Source: Azolla caroliniana (taxonomy: Eukaryota > Plantae > Polypodiophyta). From it: 64,000 nucleotides of DNA. Made by a program: the position numbers and the translations under genes. The notes below the pieces were generated by a model, which saw only the letters and a program-made list of their open reading frames with translations, ran no database searches and was not told the origin of the DNA. Each line of letters starts with the position of its first letter. Positions within the stretch are counted from its first letter, which is position 1. The stretch lies in the NCBI GenBank assembly GCA_043228905.1, contig JBHGNT010000004.1, positions 16,616,001-16,680,000 of the forward strand. Direction: 5' to 3'. Below, piece by piece: positions 35,876-48,701 of this stretch.

Positions 35876-37844
35876 TGTCGTATGATTTTTCACACAAAAT
35901 AAGAAAAGTAATGAAATAATAATTTTAGGTTAGCTTAAATGGCTTAGTACAAGAGATGGACGTCTTCAAGAGCTTCCAAACACATTTTACTACATACGAA
36001 ATAGATAACTATGTATCAAGTTATATGACTATGAAGTTTGAGAAGATGAGGAAATCCAAATTGTGAGTTATCCCACATAGATGGGACAACATCGAATCCA
36101 ACAGTATATTAGCAGAGCCAAAATTCATTACTTCATATCTTTGTGTTTCGAACATAGAATGATCAAGGTTATCTGTGTTGAACTATATGGATGATTTGCT
36201 TAGACCTGATTTTGGGTCACGGTGCACGGCTTGGTCAGGACGCGTGCATGCACAGACATGTCCATGGCGCGATCAGGACGTGCATGCACAACTTGGTCGG
36301 GACGAACGCGCGCAAGGATGCTTGCACGGATCGGTCGAGAGACGCGGACGCACGGATGCACGGATGATTTGCTCAAACTTGATTTTGGGTCAGGACGTGC
36401 GCGCACGGACATGTCCACGGCTCGGTCGGCACGAACGTGCGCGCACAGAAGTGTCCACGACTAGGTCGGGATGCGCGTGCACACGGATGCATACACGGAT
36501 CGGTCGGGAGACGCACGCACACGGATGCGTGCACGACTCAGTCGGGACGCGCACGTAGGGGATGTTTGCACGGCTCGATATGGACACAGGCACGCATGGG
36601 ATGCTTGCATGATTCGGTCGGGATGCGTGCGCAAAAGGGATGCTTGCACAACTTGATTAGGACACGCGCGCACAGGGGATGTTTGCACAACTCGATCGGG
36701 ACGCACGCACGTAGGGGATGCTTGCACGGCTCGGTCGAGACGTGTGCATGATTTGCTCAGACCTGATTTTGGGTCACGGTGCACGACTTGGTCGAGACGC
36801 GCACGTGCCCAAACATGTGCATGATTTTCTCGGACCTGATTTTGGGTCATGGTGCACGGTGCACGGCTTGGTCTAGATGCGCGCATGCATAGACATGTCA
36901 TGATTTGGTCAGACTTGATTTTGGGTCACGGTGCACGACTAAGTCAGGACGCACGCGCACGGACATGTCCATGGCTTAGTCGGCAAGGACGTGTCCACGA
37001 CTCGGTCGGGACATGCGTGCATGGCTGGTCCATGTCTCATTTGGCACAAGCATGTCCACGGCTCGATCGAGACGCGCACACACGGACGTGTCATTGGCTC
37101 GGTTGGCATGGATGTGTGCACGACTCGGTCAGGATGCGCACGCACGGATGCGTGCACCGCTTCGTTGGGACGCGTGCGCACACGGATGCTTGCAAGGATC
37201 GGTCGGGAGACAACCGCGCACGGATGCGTGCACGGCTTGGTCTGGACGTGTCTGTGCACGGACGTGAAGCACGACTAGGTTGGGACGCGCGTGCATGCCT
37301 GTTCGGTCGCCACACACGTACGGATTGCGCACGGGCCGAACTTTATGATGATTGGATCATATGGCCGAATTATACGAACGTCGAATGCAACTAAAAGTGG
37401 GCGCATGCAACTAAAACTAGAGGCCATGCAACTAAAAGTGGATGCATGCAAATAAAGTAAAGGTCATTTGTGGACGCATGCAACTGAACATCAAGGGCCA
37501 TGATCAACAAAGAATCCTTATATATTCCACTCTCTTTTTTTCTCCATGTTTTTTTGCTTTCTCTTCTCTCAATTCTTTGGGGAAAACAATCTCTCATATT
37601 TATATCGAACCACGCCTTATATGGTGGCTGAATCCTTTCTTTCAAAATTATCTTTCATTTAAATTTATATCCAATCTATTATAAAAGAATCTATTATTTT
37701 GATATAAACAAATGTTTTCTTTCACCCATGTGTCTTATGTGTAAATCTTGTTTGTGTTGTACGAGTGAGCTCTAAATCCTTCCAGTCCATAACCCCGGTG
37801 ATTCCGCCTCACAATCCGCACATAGTGACGGATTTTTCACGACA
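35876..37844 (+). mobile_element. ~1.97-kb solo LTR with a GC-rich internal repeat array (36190-37340)
   Basis: Termini TGTCGT...ACGACA; interrupts the Copia gag, which rejoins across it with an apparent 4-bp TSD (GCGT/ATGT); TATA-like CCTTATATA at about 37516. Confidence 0.8.
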
Positions 37845-40800
37845 ATGTCAATGTGGAAGATGATGAGATGGTGCAAATATGCTTAGGCGGCCTTGCACCA
37901 CGGTTCGAAGCGATGAGAACCGCTGTTCTAACAAGGGAGAATCCTCCCTCTTTCTTTGATCTTGAATCAATATTATTGGTTGAAGAAAACCATGTTCGAA
38001 CCAAGAGCAACACCTCGGAGGGTCAAATGGTCTACACACAGTCAAACGGAGGAAGAGTACGTGGTCGAGCAAGAAGAGGCCAATTCGGCCAAGGATGAGG
38101 TGGACGAGGTCCAACCTATGAAAAAAACTCCCAAATTTGACAAGAAAACAGAAACAACCATGGAACATTTGGTAGAAGGGGGAGCTTCCATGCTGGTCCA
38201 AGCCCGGCCCGACAAAACAACTCAATATTGCGGTAAAATCAGCCACCACGAAGAAGAGCGTCAGAAGAAGAAGCACAAGTTGGCTTCCACAAGCCGGAAA
38301 CTCACCAATTACGCCACCAACTCTGACTATGAAGACCATGGTGGAATGTTTGTGATGAGGCATAGAGCAAATTCTATGTCGGCATCTACTTCAACTAGTG
38401 CCTCTAGTCCGGAAGACGTATGGTTCGTCGACTCTAGTACCTCAAACCATATGCTGTCTCATCAAGAATGGTTTCGAGACCTTCGAGAACCAAATCTACC
38501 CGACTATGTCGAGACCGGAGACAACACTACTCATCCAGTTCGGCACATCGGCAATGTCCCATTCGGGAAAGAGGGCAACCAAACATACATTAAAAATTTC
38601 TTGCATGTACCGACCATCATGAAGAATTTGGTCTCAGTTGGCCAAATTGTGGAGCAAGACATGCAAGTCCATTTCAACCAAGGTGGTTGCTTCATCGGCA
38701 AGGAAGGCTAACTCATCACTCGTGGTAGAAGGGAATGGCAAATGTTCATTCTCGATTCGCACAAAATGAAATCGGCACATCCTTCAAGTAGCAAGGGCCA
38801 TGTTGAATGAGAAGCATATGCCCAAGTCATATTGGGCAAAGGCCGCAAATGCTGCCATCTACCACATGAACCAGTGCACAAGATCTAGAGTGCACCATGT
38901 AACCCCTCATGAGAAATACTATGGAAAGAAGTTGGATCTATCCCATGTACGGATATTCGGCTCAATTGTATGCGTGCACATTCCCGACGAAAATCGGCAA
39001 AAGCTAGATCCCAAGTCAGAGAAGTGTATCCTCGTAGGGTACTCACTGGAGCAAAAGGGGTACAAATTCTTCAACCCTTCTACTCGGAAGGTTCGTGTAA
39101 GTTAGGACATCGTCTTTGACGAATCGACATCATGGGAGAAACCTGAGCCGACTTCCCCCCAACAACTCACAATCGATTTTGAAGAAAACCCTGACAACGA
39201 CGAACAACTAAGGGCAATAGATGAGGAAAGTCCAATCTCAACCAGATCGAGTGAACCTCAAGAGCCTTTGAGCGACTGAAGTACGTCTCGTCCAAGTCTG
39301 AAGATGGACAAAGGGAAGTCCAAAATGTCGGAATATGAAGATGATTGATTCTATGGCAACGAATCAACTCACTCACTCAATAGTGAGTTTGGTGCCTTTG
39401 ATGTGCCTCTTATGAGGACACATGGAGAGAAGAAAGCCATTGCCATGGCAAATGAAAATTTTGATGCTCTACCAGTGAGAAGCATCATTTTAGTCGATTT
39501 GGCTATAACGACTACATGGCATACCATTATGCCTTTATGATAAAAGGTGGCAGCTGCTCATGAACCAGAAAGCTTTGCCGAAGCCACGAACGATCCACAA
39601 TGGGTTGAAATGATGAACGAGGAGATGTAAGCACTAAGAAAGAGCAAGACATGGGATCTTGTTCCTCACTCACCTCAAAAGAAGGCAATCGGTTGCAGAT
39701 GGATATACAAAGTGAAGTATAATGCCGACAACGCTGGCAACCACTACAAAGCTCAACTCGTAGTGAAAGGATACACACAAACACATGGAGTTGACTATGA
39801 AGAGACCTTTGCCCCGGTGGCAAAGATGATGACTGTTCGAACCATGATTGCACTCCTAGTGGCAAAAGGGTGGCACCTCCACCAGATGGATGTAAAGAAT
39901 GCCTTCCTCCAAGGTAAATTAGAAGAGGATGTGTACATGGTCCAAACACCCGGCTTCGAATCCAACAACCATCCGAAAGTAGTCTTCCGACTCAAGAAGC
40001 CTCTCTACGGCCTTAAACAAGCACCCAGAGCATGGCACTCGAAGATAACACATTATCTTCATCGAATCGGCTTTAGATTGTCAAAATCCGACAATTCCCT
40101 CTATGTAAGAAGCGATTCTGGAAGTTCGATTGTCATCATCCTATACGTGAATGATCTAGTCATTGGAGGTGAGCATCTAGTCGAAATCAACAAGGTCAAG
40201 TCCCTCCTCTCCAGCAAATTGGAGATGACAGACAAGAAAGAGCTCCACTACTTCCTCGGTATAGAAGTAATTCAGACCTCGAATGACATTATGATCTCCC
40301 AACAACAGTACATCCTCAACTTATTATATAAGTTCAAGATGACTGAGTATAAGTCTATGGCAACCCCTCTCAACCGAAATCTAAAGCTAGTTTCCGTCTC
40401 TGGCATAGAAGAGTGCCAGCCAACTCAGTATCGGCAACTAATCGGGAGCCTCATCTATCGATCACTCAACTCAACCTCAGCTATCCAGTCAACCTCCTTA
40501 GCCAATTCATGCAAACTCCACGAGATATTCATTTAGATTATGCTAAGTGATTGTTACGATACATGAGTGGAATGATGGACTATGGAATTCTCTATAAGTT
40601 GGCTACGCCAATTCGACTCAAAGGATATACAAATGCTAATTGGGTAGGCTACAAAGCCAACCGACGATCGACCTCAGGATTAGTCTTCTCTTTCAGAAGT
40701 GGAGCCATCTCTTGGAGTAGCAAGAAGAACTAACCGTCACACTTTTGATCACCTTTACTACGACAACATGAGCAGTATTCATCTGGGTTGTAACTCAGTG

Positions 40801-41119
40801 TTCCACGCGCGCACGAAGCATATTGAAGTGCATTATCACTTCATCCAAGAGCGCATTCAAGATGTAGATGTCAAACTTCAACACATCAACACGAATCTTC
40901 AGACAACTGGCATCTTCACCAAAGCCCTAGGAGCCAACAAGCTTCAACAATTCATGTGAGACCTTGGATTGATGATCCTTGACTTGCCAAGCTTGAGGGG
41001 GAGTACAAGAGAGAACCAGATACCAGCCAAAACAGACATCAACTGAGATGGACACCATACGAAGGCAGAAAGCCAAAAGCCGACCACAGTTGAGCTTGAG
41101 GGGCCGTGTTGAGAATCAA

Positions 41120-42187
41120 GCTTTGTGTTTCTTGGGGCCTTCACATCCATGATAGCTTGGGCTTTTCCTGGGTCAATTGTGATACCTTCTTTGGAAACGA
41201 TATGCCTAAATAGCATGCTGCTCCATATTGTGAATGCGCATTTGGCAGGATTAAGGCTTTACAACCTTTCCATGCAGCACGACTATAAGAATTTTGTCAA
41301 ATATTTGATGTGTTCAAGGAGTGTGCTAAAGAGGGCGAAGTAATCCAAGAACACTTGCATGAAATTTGGTATGAATTCCTCAAAGATTTCCATCATTCTG
41401 TTATAGAAGATGTCTTTTCTTGGTACTTCTCTGCCATTGTTACTTGATTGTAGCCATTGAAGTCAGGGTATGCAAAAGTGTTGTGTGTGTGAGAGCGTGT
41501 GTGTGAGCAAGAGAGGGAATAAGAAAAAACAATGAGAAAATGAAATGTATATAGAATGGGGATGAGAGCACAAAAAAGAAAACTATATTGAACAACCAAA
41601 AAAATCAAAGAGAACACAATGGGCTTTATACATTGTTGAGAATCAAACTCAACTTCCCTAGTGTGGGAACACACCATAGGAGCATCCAAGTGTGTGAACA
41701 CCCCATCACTTTGTATCATGATTCATGTGTCTGTTGAGAATCAAGCTCAACCTAGTCTAGTGTGTAAACACACCTTTTGAGAATCTATGAGCACTCAAAG
41801 GTCAAAAGTCACCACTACTTTCTACACATTAACTATGTGTAATAGAATCATATTCTATGACACATAACTAATGATTTCCATATTACCCATGACTAATGAG
41901 TCTCCACATTCCCCAAGGTTCTAGAGAGTGAGTGGGCATTTTAGTGAGTTAATGAAGAGAGAGGGTGACCCTATATAAAGCACCCTCCTCCTAATTTGTA
42001 ACTATCAGTTAATCTCCCTTATAATGCTATTACCTTTGTGCTCCCTATTCTCTACTCCTTGTCAATATACATCTTGAGTATTCTATTTTCCTATCTATCT
42101 TGTGTCTCTCCTCTCTCCTCTTCCACACACATATAACGCACATCTCTAATCTATTCTACTGAATAGAATCACATTCGATTCTTTACA
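41120..42187 (+). repeat. Direct duplicate of 24953-26020 (612 bp of flank plus LTR)
   Basis: Colinear at a constant offset of 16167 bp; duplicated ORFs in the track (24883/41125 and 25226/41393). Confidence 0.95.
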
Positions 42188-42884
42188 GTGTCATAGAACT
42201 TAACTCCTATGCCACATAGTTAGTAGGTAGTTAAGTCTCAACCCTTTCCTAAGAGGTGTTTGTCGTAAGAGAGTATCGAAAGAAGGTGACTACATAAGCA
42301 CCTTCTCCCTTTTTTTGTAACTGTTGCACCTTGCACAAATTGAACCTTGCACCTTTAAGATAGAAGACATTTATCTTACCATAAGGGTTACTACCAAGTA
42401 CTTAAAACGTTATGTATTTCTTTTCATATTCTAAAGGCGTAGGAAACAACCGTACAAAATCGTGTGCAAAAAACCATGTTCCAAGCCTATGCTTTTGTGC
42501 ATGCCACAAGAAAAACCGTGTGCCCAAAAACCATGGGTCCAAGCCCATGGTTTTGTGCATGTTAGATAGAAGCATGGATAGACCTATAAAAACCCTTGTA
42601 AGGCTTGTGTAAGGGGGGGCTCAATAGGTGATATCACCATCACCACCAGCATCAATATAATACTCTCATTTATCTTTTTCTAATTAATCATCTTCTGTCA
42701 AGTGCGTCAATTTTCTTAATCTTTTCAAGTGTGACATCGTCTTCCTCGACTCAAACATCCACATCATTGTCTTCCTCGACTCAAATATCCACATCATTGT
42801 CTTTTAACTTCACAAACGTCCACATCAGTCCGAGACCTCGGTGGTCCCGCTCAAGTAGCACATGCACGCGAGCATTTTCGCAAC

Positions 42885-43610
42885 ACCGTATGCATCGACT
42901 TCCTAGAATTGTATGGGAAGCAAGAAAAAGGATCCAAAAGACGCATAAAAACAAAAGTTTGTGTTCCGGTTGGATGCAAGATTTAGAAAAATGGTTTGGT
43001 AAATGGGATGCAAGACACTTGCTTCATGATGCGTCATTAGATTCCTCTGTAAATGAGGCCTTTTTGCAACGCCAATGTAGCATGACATGGGACAAATGTG
43101 GTGACTCATGCTTCACACATTATACTACAAATGTTGCACCTAACTACAAAACCGTATTCTTCGCGGAACGGGGAAGCTGTACACATCGATACATGTTAGA
43201 GCCCATCCCGATATCTGCCATTCGAACCATTGCTTCCATGCGACTTAGCTCGCATGCATTGAGATGTGAGACGGGGCGTTGGGGCACAAGCGATGAGAGT
43301 GGCCGACTATGTACACTTTGCCCTAAACAAGTTTGAGAGTCTGAGTATCACACTTTGATACAATGCTCTGCCTTTGATCATATTCGACCATGCTTTCCAC
43401 ATCTCTTCGATCGAGCCCAATCCTTGCACGAATTTCTCTCACAACCATGATGTGCACTCTCGATTGCAACATTCATTGGTAAAGTTCTTGAACATCGAGA
43501 GTCGCTACTCACCTTCACACGTATCACATGAAATGTAATATTTTTGGTCTCATAGGTCATATTTGATCTCCGAAGACGATAACATAATCTATCTATCTAT
43601 CTATCTATCT
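42885..43610 (+). mobile_element. 5'-truncated non-LTR retrotransposon (LINE, RTEX-like) ORF2 C-terminus with (ATCT)n tail
   Basis: RLSSHALRCETGRW...RLCTLC...ESEYHTLIQC CCHC-type motif; stop at 43529-43531; short 3' UTR ending in (ATCT)6. Confidence 0.8.
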
Positions 43611-44343
43611 CTCATACACACACACATACTTCTTCCGCTACACAAAATCACACTCGATTCTTTACATACAAGTCCTCAAGAGTTTACCATATTAAATGTG
43701 GTTGGTGTAGTCTAGTCATAGACATACAATTGAATAGAATTTTGTCATAAGAATATGTAATATTCTTTTACCACATTTGCACTTTACAACTAACTAGATG
43801 TCACAATGTAATTCGTCATGTAACTATATAGTTCACACAAATTAAAATGAAACGAGTTCACACACTTTTTCACAAATTGTGCTTTTTTCCATATGCACAT
43901 GTTCACACAAATTAAGCTTGATCTCAACGAAGATGTTATAATGAGGGGGATAGGTAGGTAGTTTCCTTTATATAGTTCACTTCCTTAGGCTTCTAGACCA
44001 CCATATGTCATAGGTCCCTATGGGATTCTTTCAAACCTTCAAGTCCTAACATCGCACACAATTCGATCTAACCGAAACAAATGTTTAGTTTGAGCACCAA
44101 GAATGTTTTTTATTGAATGTGGCTCAATAGTTAAATCCTTGTGAAAAACTAGATCATTTATGGTTATCATGTTGTCATTGTCCTAAGTATACACATAAAA
44201 TGCAATAGTCATTGTGAATATTTGAACCCATGACTTTCTTGATAGATATCTTTAACTTTTACCATCATGATATACATGTAACTTTTTTTTTATATTAGCT
44301 ACAATAATATTCCAAAATATTCACCCCTTGCATAGGTTGATGT

Positions 44344-47300
44344 TGTGCCGAAATAGCGTGCGGCCACAACCGAGTCTTCAACAAGGAATCAAAGAAATCA
44401 AACTAAAACCGAGATGACACAGGATGTTTATGTGGAAACCCTAAATGGGAAAAACCACGAGAGCCCACAGACTCCAACTATCACTATGAGGGGAGGAATA
44501 CAATTTGAGACTCAAAGGCAATGACCTCGAGCTATATGTCTTCGCCAACGGCGATTACAACAAAAAACTCGTTATGTGTGTGTGCGTGTTTCTCACTCTC
44601 ACTCACTGTGTACACACTCTATCAACAACTCTCATCGTACATAAAGTGATTGCCCTAAGTCAGATTTATACTTATATGAATTTAGGGCTATTTACAAATA
44701 TAGTCTTGATGGGCTCACTATGAAACATATTTACACATATGTTCTTGGATTCGGTTTGCACCAGATCCATCCGAATTCACTCGATCTGGTTTCCGGGTCT
44801 CATTCGGAACCCTTCCGGATCTGGTTCCTTCATCTGACTCCGCCGGTTCTCATCCAAAGGGACCAAATTCCCAACAAACTCCCCCTTAACTCTAGCAAGG
44901 GATTTCTCGTTAATGTGATCCGTCTTCGGCATGCGTCCAGCTTGTCGGTTGAAAGCACCTTGGGCATCATATTCGATCCATTCTCCTTCGTGTGGATCTT
45001 CATAAGCATGAACTCTTGATCTTCTACCTTCTCCCGGAGCTAGCGATATCTCCTCTGGATGTGTGCTTGGTCTGGGAATGGTAGGCCGCATTCTTCGCAA
45101 CGTGGATGACACTTTGACTATCACAGTAGAGCTGGTACTCCTCCTGTCGGATCCCTAGCTCTCCGATGAACTCCTTCATCCATATTACTTCCTTGCTGGC
45201 TTCCACAGCTGCCATATACTCTGCTTCCGTTGTTGATAGTGCAATGGACTTCTGCAGCCTCGACTACCATGATACGACTCCCCCTGCACAAGTCATGACA
45301 TATCCGGATGTAGACCGGCTGGTATCCGCATCAACCGACATATCCGAATGTGTGAATCCATCAAGTTGGGGTTTATCGGATCCAAACCGGACGCACATAC
45401 TTGAGCTGCCTTTGAGATACCAGAGTATCCACTTGACCGCGTTCTAGTGCTCTCCTCTGGGATTGCTCATGAACCGGCTGACTACTCCGACAGCATATGC
45501 AATATCCGGTCGGGTGCACACCATTGCGTACATTAAGCTTCCAATGGCAGAGGCATATGGTATCTTCGTCCTATCTGACTTCTCTGCCTTTGTGTTCAGG
45601 CTCTGCTTTCCAGACAACTTGCAATTTTCCGAAAGTGTCAATCCGACCGGTTTAGCCTCCAACATGTTGAACCGTTGAAGCACATTTGCCACGTACTTTT
45701 CTTGTGACAACCACAATAGCTTCTACTTCCGGTCCCGGATGATGTGCATCCCCAAAATCTGTCTTGCGAGACCCAAGTCTTTCATTGAGAAGGTCTAGTT
45801 CAGAGCCTTCTCATATAGCAGGAGTATTAGGAAGTCGCCTCCAACAAATTTCTTCACAAACACACAGTGGTCAACTTGCGTCTTGTGGTACCCTTGGTCG
45901 ATCATCAAGGAGTTGAACTGCCAGTACCATTGCCGGGGAGCTTGCTTTAATCCGTATAGGCTCTTGTTCAGTCGGCACATCAGGCGTTGCTTCCCTTTCT
46001 TCTCAAATCCTTCTGGTTGATGCATGTAGATCTCTTCTGCGAGGTCGCCATGTAGGAATGTCGTCTTGATGTCCAATTGCTCTACCTCGACGTCCATGGT
46101 TGCCGCTATGCTCAATACCGTCTAGATGGATGTCATCATTACTACCAGGGTGAAGATCTCATCGAAATCCACTCCATTCTTCTGCTGGAACCCCTTCACC
46201 ACGATTCGAGCCTTGTACCTCGCTGGGTTTTCGACGTCTCCCAATTTTAGCTTGTACACCCACTTATTCTAGAGTGCCCTCTTTCCTTTCGACAACTCCG
46301 TTAGTTCGTATGTGTGGTTCTCATGCAGGGAATCCATCTTGTCCTGCATGGCACTCAACCACTTATCGGACAACTGCAACCTCGAACAGCCCCCGGTATT
46401 CTCCTCCGTTATCTGTTTGAACCGCCTTGAGGTTCCAGCCAGTTTCCACTCTCGCATGGAGCTCCTTGAAGAATCATAGCTCCTGATCCTTTGTCTTCAA
46501 TGGTGAGACCCACAGCTTTCGGTTGTGGTCGTCTATGAACGTCACGAAGAACTACGATCCGGCATGTGACTTCGTGTCCATTTGACACACATTGGTATGC
46601 ACCAGCTCCATTGTTGCATTCCGTCACATTGGTGGTCTTGACTAGAAGGAGGTTCGATTTTGCTTGCCGGCCAAACAATCAGTGCACTTCTCAAGATGCA
46701 CGTCTTTCAACTCCGGAATGAGGTTGTCTTCGGCAAGTCTTCTCATCCCCTTTTGGCTCATATGACACAGTCTCTTGTGGCACAACTCACCGGTAGTGTC
46801 GGATGCTACGTTCACTTCTTCCCGGCATATCCGGGCATGCATCAGGTACAATGTGTTGATCTTCCAGGCTCGATCCACAATCAGGCTTCCTTTGTTGAAT
46901 TTCATGACTCCGTTCCGCATGCTACCCGTGTAGCCTTCATCATCTAGCCGACGGGCTGATGTCAGGTTCAACCGAACCTCCAGAAGGTGTCTGACTTCTT
47001 TCAGCAGCAATTTGCATCTGGTTGAAGTTGTCAACAACACATATCCAATGCCAACAATTCGGCATGTACCTTCATTCCCCATGTGGACACAACCATGATC
47101 TTCGGATATGTAGGATAAGAAGCATTTCCGGTCCGGTGTCAAATGGAATGACGCTTTGGAATCGACAACCCACATTGTCTCGTCGCCAACAAGGTTTAAC
47201 TCATTCTCCTCGGCAATGAGCATCAGGTCTTCTTCACTTGTCGCGATCGTCGATGTTCTTTGTTGATCCGGTTCGAACTCTTCTTCAGATCGGTGGTGTC

Positions 47301-48325
47301 AACCCCTCTCTCTTTCCGGAAATGCCGTCAATTCTTCTTGAAGTGCCCCGGGTTCTCACAATAGAAGTAAGTAGGCTTCACTCTTGACTTTGACCTCGTC
47401 CCCGATTTTTCCCGGTTTGGGGACTCCGACACCAACCTCTTCCTCGGTTTTGGTCATCTTCCATGACCAAGGCCTTCAGATCGGTTCCAAACTCCCGGTC
47501 CTTCCAACGAGCTTCTACATCTAGCAAGCTTGATTTTACCCTTGCTAGGGATAATTGCTTTCCTTCCGGCCCAACGTTGCCCAAAGTGACAACTAGAGTC
47601 TCCCAACTATTCGGGAGGGGGAGCCGAGCAGGAGCAATGCGAGTACCTCATCGGCAAGAGGTACTTCCAACGAGGTTGCTTGATTTAGCAGCCCCTGAAA
47701 TGCGTTCATGTGCTCCGCCATGCTGGATCCATCATGGTACCGGAGTCTCACTAACTTTCGGAATACCGAAACCCGATTTACGACGTCTTTACTCTCTAGC
47801 ATGGTGCCGATTTTTTCTCATAGCACATGAGCCTTACTTTCCTCAGTGAAGTTGTTATATAGGCTCATGTTGATGAAGCACTGAATGTATGTCGTTGTCT
47901 TCATGTGCATCACCTCCCATGTCATGGGATCGATCTTGTCCGGTTTCCTGTCCCTGAACTGTACCGGCAACCAGAGATCTTTGACCACGAGCATGTCCCT
48001 CATCTTTGACTTCCAGACTGGGTAGATGGAGCCAGTGAGCTTGAACATGCCGCCGTATGATTCTTCCATTTCCTTTGTTCGCTTGAATACCCGTTTGTGC
48101 GGAAATAGCACTCGGCCACAACCGAGTTTTCAACAAGGAATTGAAGAGATCAAACTAAAACTGAGATGACACATGATGTTTACGTGGAAACCCTAAATTG
48201 GAAAAACCACGAGAGCCCACAGACTCCAACTATCACTATGAGGGGGGGAATACAATGTGAGACTCAAAGGCAACAACCTCGAGTTCTATGTCTACACCAA
48301 CCGGCGGTTACAACAGAAAACTTGT

Positions 48326-48357
<32 letters not shown>

Positions 48358-48602
48358 ACTGAGTATACACTCTATCAACAACTCTCATCGTGCATAAAGT
48401 GATTTCCCTAAGTCATATTTATACTTATAGCCTCAATGGGCTCACTACGAAACATATTTACACATATGTTCTTGGATCCGTTTTGCACCGGATCCATCCA
48501 GATTCACTCGATCCGGTTTCGGGGTGTCATCCGGATCCGATTCCTTCATCCAACTCGTCCATTTCTCATTCAAATCCCACCGGAGGGACCAAATTCCCAA
48601 CA
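44344..48602 (-). mobile_element. Copia family A element, degenerate with internal deletions; LTRs 48602-48096 and 44876-44344
   Basis: Perfect TSD GATGT; gag MEESYGGMFKLTG; protease, RT and RNase H motifs; PPT present; PBS decayed. Confidence 0.93.
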
Positions 48603-48701
48603 GATGTGTGATTGAAAATGAATTGCGTATGTGAGTGCGAAGTGGAGATCATGCAAGGCTTCAAGGTGGTGAGCATGGATGTGCCCAATAGTGTTATATA
48701 A

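Larger units (their letters stand above)
25565..42187 (+). mobile_element. Copia family B element; LTRs 25565-26020 and 41732-42187; gag-pol pieces 26179-26576, 35852-35875, 37845-41005
   Basis: Perfect TSD GTGTC; PBS TGGTATCAGAGC at 26021; gag IKELC|DSLGLISV|NVEDDEMV rejoins across two insertions; WFVDS, QMDVKNAFLQG, HARTKHIEVHYH; PPT GAGGGGCCG before 41107. Confidence 0.92.
25467..43666 (+). mobile_element. Old family-B-related solo LTR (25467-25564 plus 42193-43666) split by nested insertions
   Basis: Termini TGTTGAGAATCAA...GATTCTTTACA as in family B; TSD TACAT/TACAA. Confidence 0.65.

Noticed and set aside
36175-37394. Many overlapping Arg/Cys/His-rich ORFs on both strands
   Set aside because: Artefact of a GC-rich repeat array with few stop codons inside a solo LTR; no domain motifs
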